Positions 18,668 through 26,953 of a DNA stretch of 64,000 bases are shown piece after piece. Source of the DNA: Actinomycetes bacterium (GTDB taxonomy: Bacteria; Actinomycetota; UBA4738; HRBIN12); contig JAJNBA010000002.1 in the NCBI GenBank assembly GCA_021155985.1, positions 1,288 to 65,287 on the forward strand. Direction: 5' to 3'. Both the position numbers and the translations under genes were made by a program. The notes under the pieces are model-generated. The model did no database searches. It was not told the DNA's origin and saw only the letters and a program-made list of their open reading frames with translations. Numbering within the stretch: the first letter of the stretch is position 1; each line of letters begins with the position of its first letter.

Positions 18668-19510
18668 CTTCTCGCCCGCGGCCCCGGCATCGGTCAGCAT
18701 CTTCGTGACGTCGGTGACCTCCGACGCTTTGGGAAGTTCCACGTCCACCGGCTCGCCGAACGCCGAGTAGTCGACCGTCATCTCCACCTGCGCGTCCCCG
18801 GTCCCCGGAACGAGGTCTCCGAAGTCCATCGTGATCCGCTGGCGGCGTGGCAAGTCCTGGTCGTCGATCCAGATCTGGAACGGGATCTTCCCGTCGATGC
18901 CGAGCGCCTCGAACTGCTCGACCGCGGCTTCGAGCTGCTCCGTGGTCTTCGCGTCGGCATCCTCGCCCACGACCTCGGCGAAGCCCTCGAGCACCTTCTG
19001 GAGGTCGATCGTCCCGGTGTACCGAGTGGTGGCGATGCCGTCGATGTCCGCCTCGCCGGAGGCCTTCACGTCGAAGACGCCTGCGAACAACCCGGCGTAG
19101 GCCGACGGATCGGTCGTCCCCGCCCCGAAGCCTCCGAACTGCGCGGCGGCGGCAGGATCCATCTTCGACGGGTCGAAGCTGACCCACGGCGTCGGCGCGC
19201 CCTCGAAGGCCGGCGAGCGCATGTAGAGCACGCCGTCGTCCATGACCATCTCCATCTCGCCGCCCATCATCCCGAGGTCCATCGTCATGGCGGCCTGCTT
19301 GGTGGCGTTGTCGACATCCGCGTCCGCCGTGATCGAGAAGGACTGCCCCTCAGCCGACATCGACATGCGCAGCTCCTGGTGGTAGCTCCCCGCCTCGTAC
19401 ACCGCGGTCATCGCATCGAGCACCGAGTCGCGCGGGTTGACGGGGGTTCCTCCCTCGGCGCAGGAGACAAGGATCGACAGTGCCGTGAGGGAGAGCAGGA
19501 GCTTCTTCAT
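18650..19510 (-). CDS. lipoprotein (LolA/LppX-like architecture, inferred)
   Basis: MKKLLLSLTALSILVSCAEGG lipobox. The mature part is acidic and lacks other Cys. Confidence 0.7.
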   Translation of the reverse strand: MKKLLLSLTALSILVSCAEGGTPVNPRDSVLDAMTAVYEAGSYHQELRMSMSAEGQSFSITADADVDNATKQAAMTMDLGMMGGEMEMVMDDGVLYMRSPAFEGAPTPWVSFDPSKMDPAAAAQFGGFGAGTTDPSAYAGLFAGVFDVKASGEADIDGIATTRYTGTIDLQKVLEGFAEVVGEDADAKTTEQLEAAVEQFEALGIDGKIPFQIWIDDQDLPRRQRITMDFGDLVPGTGDAQVEMTVDYSAFGEPVDVELPKASEVTDVTKMLTDAGAAGEKSSVYG

Positions 19511-19561
19511 ACAAGCATCATCGGCACGGGTAGCCCCTCAGTCCACCCACGGACGGAAGAA

Positions 19562-20239
19562 TCATCGAAGATCGTCGAGGACGTCGGCGATCGGCTTGCG
19601 GATCCCCGTGAAGAACGGGGTCTCGACCTTCGTGTAGAGGCGGGTCTTCGAGTCCCGGAGCCTTCGGATGCAATCGACGAGCAGGGCGAGCTCGTCCGTC
19701 TCGAACGCGAGGATCCATTCCCAGTCACCGAGCCCGAACGCGCTCGTCGTGTTCGCGAGGACCTGCGGGAACTCACGACCGAGCACGCCGTGCTCCGCGA
19801 GGAGCTCCCCCCGTTCTTTCGGAGGGAGCAGGTACCACTCGGCCGAGCGGACGAACGGGTAGACGCAGAGATAGGTGCGCGGGGCCTCCCCCCGGACGAA
19901 CGCCGGCTGGTGGTCCGGCGTGAACTCGGCGGGCTTGACGAGACCCATCAGGGAGACGACCGGGTCGAGGAGATCGCCCGCCCGTGTCCTCCGGAACTCG
20001 ACCAGGAACCGCTGGAGATCCTCGGCGCTCCCCGCGGTCAGCCATAGGACGAGATCGGCGTCGGCCCGGAACGCGACGGTCGAATACGAGCCGCGAACGT
20101 CCACCCGGCCGGCCCAGTCCTTGAAGAGGGTCTCGATCTCGTCACCGGCGTTCCGCAGCGCCTCATCCTCGAACAGCTCGGCGCGGAGCTCCTGGCTCGC
20201 GGCGAACACCGGATACAGCGCGTAGATCGTCTCGGTCAT
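19562..20239 (-). CDS. hemQ: coproheme decarboxylase (chlorite-dismutase family HemQ/ChdC)
   Basis: Start ATG 20239 after GGAAGGAG, with an ATGA overlap with hemY. MTETIYALYPVF...YLCVYPFVRSAEWYLLP...GLGDWEWILAFE. Confidence 0.88.
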   Translation of the reverse strand: MTETIYALYPVFAASQELRAELFEDEALRNAGDEIETLFKDWAGRVDVRGSYSTVAFRADADLVLWLTAGSAEDLQRFLVEFRRTRAGDLLDPVVSLMGLVKPAEFTPDHQPAFVRGEAPRTYLCVYPFVRSAEWYLLPPKERGELLAEHGVLGREFPQVLANTTSAFGLGDWEWILAFETDELALLVDCIRRLRDSKTRLYTKVETPFFTGIRKPIADVLDDLR

Positions 20240-21603
20240 GCCGGCTCCTTCCGCCTTCCTGGCCGGGAAGCACCCGAGTGCGCGAGCACCTGGTCCGCCG
20301 TCTCCTCGGCGGCGCGAGCCAGATCGGACACACCGACGCCGTCGAACGCGCTTCCGACGACGAAGATACCCGGCGGGAGCCCCTCGCGGATCTCCTCGAC
20401 GAGGGCGCGGTGCCCCCGTTCGTACTGAGGCATCGAGGCCCACCATCGATGCACGTGGGATGCCGCGGGAGGAGGGAGATCGAGCGCAGCGCTCAGATGC
20501 CTCGCGCACGCCTCGACGATGTCGTCGTCGGGCGCGTCGAGGACGTCCTCGTCACCCGCACCGCCCACGTAGCAGCGGACCACCGCACGATCCCCGAATC
20601 GGGGGTCAGGCCATTTCCGGGACACGAACGTCGCCGCGGTCATCGGGGCGGCCCCGCGGGGGACGACGAAGCCCGTCCCGTCGGGCAACGCGCCCGCGGT
20701 TCCGGGTTGGTACATGAGGAACACGACGCCGGTGGAGACGGAGCCGATGGTCGAGAGCCCGGCGGGCGCGCCGGGCCCGAGCAGGGATGCCGAGGCCGGC
20801 GCGCCACACGCGAGCACGACGGCATCGACATCCTCCGAGGAGCCGCCCGCGAGATCAACCGTTCGGTCCGTGACACCGGTCACCTCGACGCCCGTCCTGA
20901 GGCGCTCACCCACCGATGCGGCGAGCGCGTCCACCAGTTCCCGCATGCCCGACCGAGGCCGAAGGAACACCGGTCCCGGATCGGCGCGAGTCGCGGCACG
21001 CTGCGCCGCCTGGGCACCGCGGATCAGGCTTCCCTGCGACGCCTCCCAAGCCACGAGCTCCGGGAAGGTGGCCGGCGCCGACAGCCGATCGACATCTCCG
21101 GCGTGGAGCCCAGCGAGCAGGGGCGCGATCGCTCGCTCGGTGACCTCGTCACCGAGCCGTCGGCGCAGCAGTTCGCCGAGCGTCTCCTCCGCGCCGTGCC
21201 GACGCGCCCTCTTGACGAGATCGGCGAGGGCGCGAACGCGGCCGCGTGACGACACCCCCGGCCACCGCAGAACGTCCCCGACATCGCCGGGGATCCCGAA
21301 GGGCGCTCCGCGGAGGTACGGCACCAGACCGGACTCGGTCCACAGGAACGCTCCTGTCGCGCCCGGCGGGATCAACGTCAGCCCGAGGTCCCTGGAGAGC
21401 GCCGACCCCCAGGGCTTCCTCGCCGCCAGCGAATCGGGGCCGGGCTCCAACGCGAGGTCGGCCACCGGAACGGGGGGCGCGATGACCCCCCCGCACGTGC
21501 TGGCACGCTCCAGCACCACGGGCTCTACTCCGGCTCGCTGCAGTCGGTACGCCGTGGCGAGCCCGGCGATGCCGCCGCCGACGACGGCGACCCGGGGATT
21601 CAC
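20236..21603 (-). CDS. hemY: coproporphyrinogen/protoporphyrinogen oxidase (HemY/CgoX)
   Basis: (V)NPRVAVVGGGIAGLATAYRLQRAG FAD fold. Length 455 aa. GTGA overlap with hemH. Confidence 0.88.
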   Translation of the reverse strand: MNPRVAVVGGGIAGLATAYRLQRAGVEPVVLERASTCGGVIAPPVPVADLALEPGPDSLAARKPWGSALSRDLGLTLIPPGATGAFLWTESGLVPYLRGAPFGIPGDVGDVLRWPGVSSRGRVRALADLVKRARRHGAEETLGELLRRRLGDEVTERAIAPLLAGLHAGDVDRLSAPATFPELVAWEASQGSLIRGAQAAQRAATRADPGPVFLRPRSGMRELVDALAASVGERLRTGVEVTGVTDRTVDLAGGSSEDVDAVVLACGAPASASLLGPGAPAGLSTIGSVSTGVVFLMYQPGTAGALPDGTGFVVPRGAAPMTAATFVSRKWPDPRFGDRAVVRCYVGGAGDEDVLDAPDDDIVEACARHLSAALDLPPPAASHVHRWWASMPQYERGHRALVEEIREGLPPGIFVVGSAFDGVGVSDLARAAEETADQVLAHSGASRPGRRKEPA

Positions 21604-22568
21604 GGTGCCGCCTTCACCAGGTGGTCCCGCACGACGTCCGCCAGGACCTCGAGGAACGCGGGGTCGTCGTTCGGCATCTCGGTACGCGCGAACCGGATGC
21701 CCGCTCCCTCGGCGATCGCCTTCGCCTCGATATCAAGGTCGTACAGGGTCTCGAGATGGTCGGCCACGAAGCCGGCCGAGCACACGACCACCGCGGGATG
21801 GCCCATCGCCGCCGCCTGGAGGATCGACTCCTCCACCGGCGGGCCCCACCACGGGTCGGAGGTCCGGCCGGCGCTCTGCCACGCGATGCCATAGCTGTCG
21901 AGGCCGAGCGCTCCGGCGACGAGGTCCGCCGTCTCCTGGAGACCGGCGCGGTAGCGGCACGATCCGTCACACGTGCAGGTCTTGCAGCGCAGCGACCCAT
22001 CCTCGACGACGCGGGTGGGCAACGAGTGCGCCGTGAACAGGACCTGCGCGGCCGATCGATCGGCCGGAGGCACGTTGTCCAGGGCGTCCGCGACGCGGGC
22101 GATCAGGAGGCGCACGAACGAGGGGTGCGCGCCGTACTCGCGAACGAACGAGAACGCCGGCCCGCCTCCCTGGTCCGCCACGGCGGCGAGCACCCGCTCG
22201 ACGTAGGTCTCCACGGACATCCCCGACCAGTGGGGAGCCATCACGATGCCGACGGCCCGCTCGATGCCCTCCTCGCGCATCTGCCCCACGGCATCCGGGA
22301 TGAACGGCGGCGAGTGCTTCATCCCGAGGAACGCTCGGAACGGGGTCCCGTCCTCGCTCAGTCGGGTGACCAGCCCCTCGGCCTGCACCTTGGTGGTGTC
22401 CAACAAGGGGAACACGTTGCCGATCGCTTCGTAGCGAGCGCGCAGGTCCGCCAGATGCTCCGGCGAGGGCGCCCGGCCCCCGCGGATGTCCGTGTAATAG
22501 CGCTCGATGTCCTCAGGTCCGCTCGCGGTCCCGTACGCCATGACCAGCACCCCTGTCGGGGCCGTCAC
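21600..22568 (-). CDS. hemH: ferrochelatase (coproporphyrin ferrochelatase type) with an internal Cys4 insertion
   Basis: GVLVMAYGT...YYTDIRGG...FTAHSLP...WQSAGRT.DPWWGP...GFVADHLETLYDLD. Insertion RCKTCTCDGSCRY. Confidence 0.9.
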   Translation of the reverse strand: MTAPTGVLVMAYGTASGPEDIERYYTDIRGGRAPSPEHLADLRARYEAIGNVFPLLDTTKVQAEGLVTRLSEDGTPFRAFLGMKHSPPFIPDAVGQMREEGIERAVGIVMAPHWSGMSVETYVERVLAAVADQGGGPAFSFVREYGAHPSFVRLLIARVADALDNVPPADRSAAQVLFTAHSLPTRVVEDGSLRCKTCTCDGSCRYRAGLQETADLVAGALGLDSYGIAWQSAGRTSDPWWGPPVEESILQAAAMGHPAVVVCSAGFVADHLETLYDLDIEAKAIAEGAGIRFARTEMPNDDPAFLEVLADVVRDHLVKAAP

Positions 22569-23611
22569 GGTGCCGGTCTCTCGGTCTCGGCATGAACGAG
22601 ATCGACGAGCCGCTGCAAGTGCTCGACGGGCGTGTCCGGCAGCACCCCGTGCCCGAGGTTGAACACGTGCCCGTCGCGGAGCGCCGCGCGCGCCAACACG
22701 TCCTCGGCCTTCCGCTCCACCGCGTCCCAGTACCCGAGCAGGACCGCGGGATCGAGGTTCCCCTGGATCGCCCGGTCGTGTCCGATCACTCTCCAGGCAT
22801 CGTCCAACGGCAGACGATGGTCGACTCCGATCCCGTCACCGCCCGCATCCCTCATGAGGTCGAGCAGATGGCTCGTGCCGACCCCGAAGTGGATCGCCGG
22901 GACGCCCAAGCCGGCGATCGCCTCGAACACCCTGGCCGTGTGCGGCATCACCATGTCGCGATAGTCGTCGCGATCGAGCACGCCGGCCCACGAGTCGAAG
23001 AGCTGCACCACATGGACGCCGGCCTCGACCTGTGCGCGGAGATGCGCCACGACGATGTCGGCGAGCACGCCGAGGAGTCGATCGAAGACGGCCGGCTCCT
23101 TGAAGAGCAGGGCCTTCGTTCGGCCGAACGTGCGGCTCGGTCCGCCCTCGATCAGATAGCTCGCGAGCGTGAACGGAGCTCCCGCGAATCCGATCAGCGG
23201 AATCTCGAGCTCCTTCACGAGGAGCCGCACCGCCTCGGCCACGTACGGCTCGTCCGTCTCGGGTTCCAGCGACCGCAGCCGCTCGAGTCCCGACACGTCC
23301 CGGAGCGGGGGCTCGATCACCGGCCCTCGCCCGGCCTCGATCCGGATCGGCACACCGATCGCGTGGAGAGGCACCATGATGTCGGAGAACAGGATCGCCG
23401 CATCGAGCGGCATCCTGCGGAGCGGCTGGAGCGTGAGCTCCACGACCTCCTCCGGGCGCCTGCACGTCTCGAGGATGTCCGCGTCCCCACGCCGGGCCCG
23501 GTACTCCGGGAGCGAACGACCTGCCTGGCGCATGAACCAGACCGGCGTGCTGTCGACGGGGCGCCGTCGGAGCGCGCGGAGCAGCCGATCGTTGGGGAGG
23601 AGCCCGGTCAC
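22565..23611 (-). CDS. hemE: uroporphyrinogen decarboxylase
   Basis: I chose the GTG at 23611, giving VTGLLPNDRLLRALRRRPVDSTPVWFMRQAGRSLPEY (canonical HemE N-terminus, 348 aa). The track start at 23737 adds an implausible extension. Confidence 0.9.
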   Translation of the reverse strand: MTGLLPNDRLLRALRRRPVDSTPVWFMRQAGRSLPEYRARRGDADILETCRRPEEVVELTLQPLRRMPLDAAILFSDIMVPLHAIGVPIRIEAGRGPVIEPPLRDVSGLERLRSLEPETDEPYVAEAVRLLVKELEIPLIGFAGAPFTLASYLIEGGPSRTFGRTKALLFKEPAVFDRLLGVLADIVVAHLRAQVEAGVHVVQLFDSWAGVLDRDDYRDMVMPHTARVFEAIAGLGVPAIHFGVGTSHLLDLMRDAGGDGIGVDHRLPLDDAWRVIGHDRAIQGNLDPAVLLGYWDAVERKAEDVLARAALRDGHVFNLGHGVLPDTPVEHLQRLVDLVHAETERPAP

Positions 23612-23778
23612 TCCCTCAGGATACGGAGCTGGATGGGACGGGCCGGGGGGGAGCCGCGGCGCGTCCGACCGCGGCCTCGAGGCGTGACGACCTCGGCCGA
23701 AGGGCGTGAGACTGGAAGACGCGAGGAAGGAAGGCACATCACGAGCACCGACACCCTGATCGCGACGTTCGAGCCCTC

Positions 23779-24141
23779 GTGAGCTCAGGGCGCAGGGTGT
23801 CCGTCGATCAGGTCCGGTCGTTCGCGCTCACGCTGCCGCGTACCACCGAGGCGCTTGTGCGCGATCGGGTCAAGTTCCGGGTGGGCCGCATCGTGTACCT
23901 GGCGTTCTCTCGCGACGAGACGACGATGGGGTTCGCGTTCCCGAAGGAAGAACGTGAGGCGCTCGTGCGATCGGAGCCCGAGCGGTTCCTGCTGCCGGAC
24001 CGGTCCGACCTGCGCCACCACTGGGTCGTCGTTCGGCTCGATACGATCGACGACGCCGAGATGCGCGAGATCGTTCTCGACGCGTGGCGGATGGTGGTCC
24101 CCAAGCGGGTGGCCGCGGCGTACGACGACTCCGTCAGATGA
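23779..24141 (+). CDS. MmcQ/YjbR-family (DUF419) protein
   Basis: ...VRSFALTLPRTTEALVRDRVKFRVGRIVYLAFSRDETTMGFAFPKEEREAL...HHWVVVRL is a YjbR-like pattern. Confidence 0.7.
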   Translation: MSSGRRVSVDQVRSFALTLPRTTEALVRDRVKFRVGRIVYLAFSRDETTMGFAFPKEEREALVRSEPERFLLPDRSDLRHHWVVVRLDTIDDAEMREIVLDAWRMVVPKRVAAAYDDSVR

Positions 24142-24215
24142 GACCCGCGGGAGGACCTCCGAGGCGCGGTTTCCCGACGCTGGAGTCTAGGATGGACTTC
24201 TCAGAGGAGTAGGCG

Positions 24216-24629
24216 ATGCTTCGTAAGCGCTTCTTCGCACGTGCGCTCTTGATCGTAGCGGTGCTGATGGTAGGCGCGACCCCGGCCTTCGCGGCGATCC
24301 ACGTGAGACTCGTGGTCGGCGGACCGTACACGTTCAGCCGGGGCCAGGCGCTCGTCGTCGCCTTCGTGGACTGTACCGACGACGTGACGTTCTCGGATCT
24401 CCGCTCGGCGGCGGAGTTGACCGTCACGCTGACCCAAGGCCATCGCACCGTCACGAAGGTCACGGAGTTCCAGTGCTGGGGCGACGATGACATCACCGTC
24501 CCGTTCCGTGGTTTCCATCCCGGCCTGGCCGCCATCGACGCCACGCTCACTGCTTGTGACGCGGAGAACCTGACGGACTGCGCCACGACAAGGATGGTGA
24601 CCGAGACCGCATTCGTCATCCGACGATAG
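24216..24629 (+). CDS. small secreted hypothetical protein (4 Cys)
   Basis: GAGGAG precedes the ATG. Signal peptide MLRKRFFARALLIVAVLMVGATPAFA. I recognise no family. Confidence 0.6.
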   Translation: MLRKRFFARALLIVAVLMVGATPAFAAIHVRLVVGGPYTFSRGQALVVAFVDCTDDVTFSDLRSAAELTVTLTQGHRTVTKVTEFQCWGDDDITVPFRGFHPGLAAIDATLTACDAENLTDCATTRMVTETAFVIRR

Positions 24630-24748
24630 TCTCTCCTGCGTCCCTCGCCGCGCCTGCCCCCGGGCACATGACGGCATGCTGGTCAGGGCGGCGTCCTGAA
24701 CAGATCCATGATCCGTCGGCTCACCGTCGCCGGCCGACGAAGCCAACG

Positions 24749-25327
24749 TCAACGCTGGGTTCGCGAGGCTGACGTTCGCTTCCTCGTGCCAGAGGTCGGT
24801 TTGGCCGCTCTTGATGTCTTCGCGACCGTGCGAGGTGCGCTCTTCTTCGCAGCGCTCTTCTTCGCTGCACTTTTCCTCGTGCCGGTCTTCCTAGCCGTGC
24901 TCTTCCGCGCCGCTGTCCTCGCCGCCGTCGTCTTGCGACCAGAGGTCGTCTTGGCTGTCCGCGTCCAGGTGGGACGGGTTCTCGTTCCTGTCTTCGACCT
25001 GGAAACAGCCTTCGCCGACGACTTCGTCGCGGGCTTCCTCCCGGAGGAGCCCCGGCGAGCGGTCCTTCTGGATCGCTTGCTCGCTTCTCCGATCGCTGCG
25101 CCTACCGCGGCGGCAGCGGCGACGGCGACCAGCGGGTTCTCCTTGATCGCAACGGCCGCCTTCTTGACCCCTTTCCCGGCCGACACGGCGGCATCGCTGG
25201 CCACTTGGCCTCCTCGTTTCATGACCTTGCCTCCACCTGTGGCGACTCGTTTGGCACCGCTTCCCACCGTATCCACGGCCTCCCCCGCCTTCGCGACGTG
25301 TGCCTTGACGTCCGTGACTCCAGGCAT
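24749..25327 (-). CDS. DUF883/ElaB-like anchor motif protein with a long Lys/Arg/Thr/Ala-rich (histone H1-like) C-terminal tail
   Basis: Start ATG 25327 after GGGGAGG. Motif IKENPLVAVAAAAAVGAAIG. The tail is ...RKSTARKTGTRKSAAKKSAAKKSAPRTVAKTSRAAKPTSGTRKR. Confidence 0.6.
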   Translation of the reverse strand: MPGVTDVKAHVAKAGEAVDTVGSGAKRVATGGGKVMKRGGQVASDAAVSAGKGVKKAAVAIKENPLVAVAAAAAVGAAIGEASKRSRRTARRGSSGRKPATKSSAKAVSRSKTGTRTRPTWTRTAKTTSGRKTTAARTAARKSTARKTGTRKSAAKKSAAKKSAPRTVAKTSRAAKPTSGTRKRTSASRTQR

Positions 25328-25349
25328 CCCTACCGCCTCCCCGTCTCGT

Positions 25350-25787
25350 TCATGGATGGTCGCTGCCAAGCCATCTGGTGGCGAGCAGGCCAAGCGTGAA
25401 CGCCCCGGCCGTGACCAGCAGAGGCTCCCGCTTGGCGAACTCGCTCGCTTCCCGTCCCCACGACTTGCCGTCCGCGATCAATGTCTTCGCATCCGACCTA
25501 CGGAGGTACGCTGCCAACCGATCAGCACGACCAGCGATGTCCTCCGCGAGGCTCGCTTGCGCCTCATGCCCTTGCTCCCTCAGGCTGCGACTCGCCTCAC
25601 GCATCGCCTGAGCGAGTGCCTTCGTCTCGACGGCGATCTCCGATGATCGAGCGCCGATCTCGCTCCGAACGCGGTCACCGACGACAGTTCCTGCCACGTC
25701 GGAAACGAGGCGAGTCGCCTCTTGTAGCTGCTCCTTGATCTGGGTGCCCGTTCCCTGTGACCCCTGATCGCTGCTCTTCTGAGCCAT
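25350..25787 (-). CDS. helical stress-type protein with a C-terminal membrane anchor (hypothetical)
   Basis: 145 aa. Q/E/A-rich helical N-terminus. C-terminal ...FAKREPLLVTAGAFTLGLLATRWL anchor motif. Confidence 0.6.
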   Translation of the reverse strand: MAQKSSDQGSQGTGTQIKEQLQEATRLVSDVAGTVVGDRVRSEIGARSSEIAVETKALAQAMREASRSLREQGHEAQASLAEDIAGRADRLAAYLRRSDAKTLIADGKSWGREASEFAKREPLLVTAGAFTLGLLATRWLGSDHP

Positions 25788-25944
25788 GTCAACACCCCGC
25801 CTCGAAGGTCATGTCAGATCCGCCAGTGCATCCGCCTTTCCCTGGGGAGGACGTGGGGAAACCTTGCCGCCCCGGAGTAGCGACGTACGTCGTTGGGTAA
25901 TCCGCGGTGAGCTGATGGAGTGCCGAGAGGCGAAAGGGTATGCC

Positions 25945-26370
25945 ATGCATGAACAGCCCGATGAGGACCTCCGTGATCTGCTCCGGCAGTTGCGTCGGGA
26001 CGGGCGCGTCCTCCTCCAGCAGGAGGCAGAGCTCGCGAAGGCGGAGCTTCGCGACAAGTCGAAAGGGGTCGTACGTTCGGCGGCTCTCTTCGGAGGGGCG
26101 GCGCTCTTGGGTTTGATCGCAGCGGGTGCTCTCACCGCATCCGCGGTCCTCGCGATCGCGTTGATCTTTCCGCCCTGGGCCGCCGCCCTCATCGTGGCTA
26201 CCGCCTCCGCGCTCGCTGCCATGCTCCTCGCGCTTCGCGGTCGCCAGCGGCTGCAGACAGCGATGCCCCTTCTCCCCGAGCGGGCGATCGCTTCCGTTCA
26301 GGAGGACATCGAATGGGTCAAACACCAGACGAGATCCAGGAGAACATCGCGAGGGTACGCGCACGGATGA
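25945..26370 (+). CDS. 'phage holin family' (actinobacterial Holin-X, PF07332-like) membrane protein
   Basis: MHEQPDEDLRDLLRQLRRDGRVLLQQEAELAKAELRDK, then two TM helices, then ...SVQEDIEWVK. The start at 25945 is chosen over 25786. Confidence 0.7.
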   Translation: MHEQPDEDLRDLLRQLRRDGRVLLQQEAELAKAELRDKSKGVVRSAALFGGAALLGLIAAGALTASAVLAIALIFPPWAAALIVATASALAAMLLALRGRQRLQTAMPLLPERAIASVQEDIEWVKHQTRSRRTSRGYAHG

Positions 26371-26729
26371 CGGAGACGATCCGCGACATCTCCCTTACGG
26401 CAGAGATCAGACGCCGCGTGCACGACCGTATCCGCTCCAACGTCAAGGGGGACGCGATGTCAGTAGATGAGGCCTTGGATCGACTCCCCATGCACCAACC
26501 TACCGGCGATCACGAGGTGGATCCGGAGATCGCCTCCAGGGCAGATCCGTCAGACACGTCGGGTCCGATCTCGCCCGGCGATGCAGCGCGCCGCGGCCGG
26601 GCATTGCTCGCGATAGCCGCGTCCATGGCAGCAGGCATCCTGGCGGGGCTCGCGTCGATGAAGCATCCCGTCCGACCGCCAAGGGATCCGGATGAGGAAG
26701 AGAGCCAGTCGCCGCTCAAGGGATCGTGA
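26313..26729 (+). CDS. DUF3618 domain protein
   Basis: MGQTPDEIQENIARVRARMTETIRDI is a typical DUF3618 N-terminus. C-terminal TM ALLAIAASMAAGILAGLASM. It overlaps the preceding gene by 58 nt. Confidence 0.7.
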   Translation: MGQTPDEIQENIARVRARMTETIRDISLTAEIRRRVHDRIRSNVKGDAMSVDEALDRLPMHQPTGDHEVDPEIASRADPSDTSGPISPGDAARRGRALLAIAASMAAGILAGLASMKHPVRPPRDPDEEESQSPLKGS

Positions 26730-26953
26730 CCCCATCACGTCGTGTGGCGGCTTCCTTCAACCGATCCCAGCAGAAACTCGTCACCCGCGCAGAGGCCCGC
26801 TTTGTGCCGCCCATCCCTGCCCTGTTACCTGTACCGACCGTAGTCCCACTACGGCGACTGTGCGTAGGGAATCTCACCTACCGCTTCTGAATGAGACACC
26901 ACCTCTCGGGGTATGCGGACGATGGCGGCAGCGTCGGCTGAGGGAGGGATGGT

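Noticed and set aside
24780-24960. Short tandem or dispersed DNA repeats that might be taken for a non-coding repeat array or CRISPR-like structure.
   Set aside because: They lie inside a coding low-complexity region (KKSAA / AKxTSG repeats). They are imperfect and have no spacer architecture. I saw no CRISPR array anywhere in the window.
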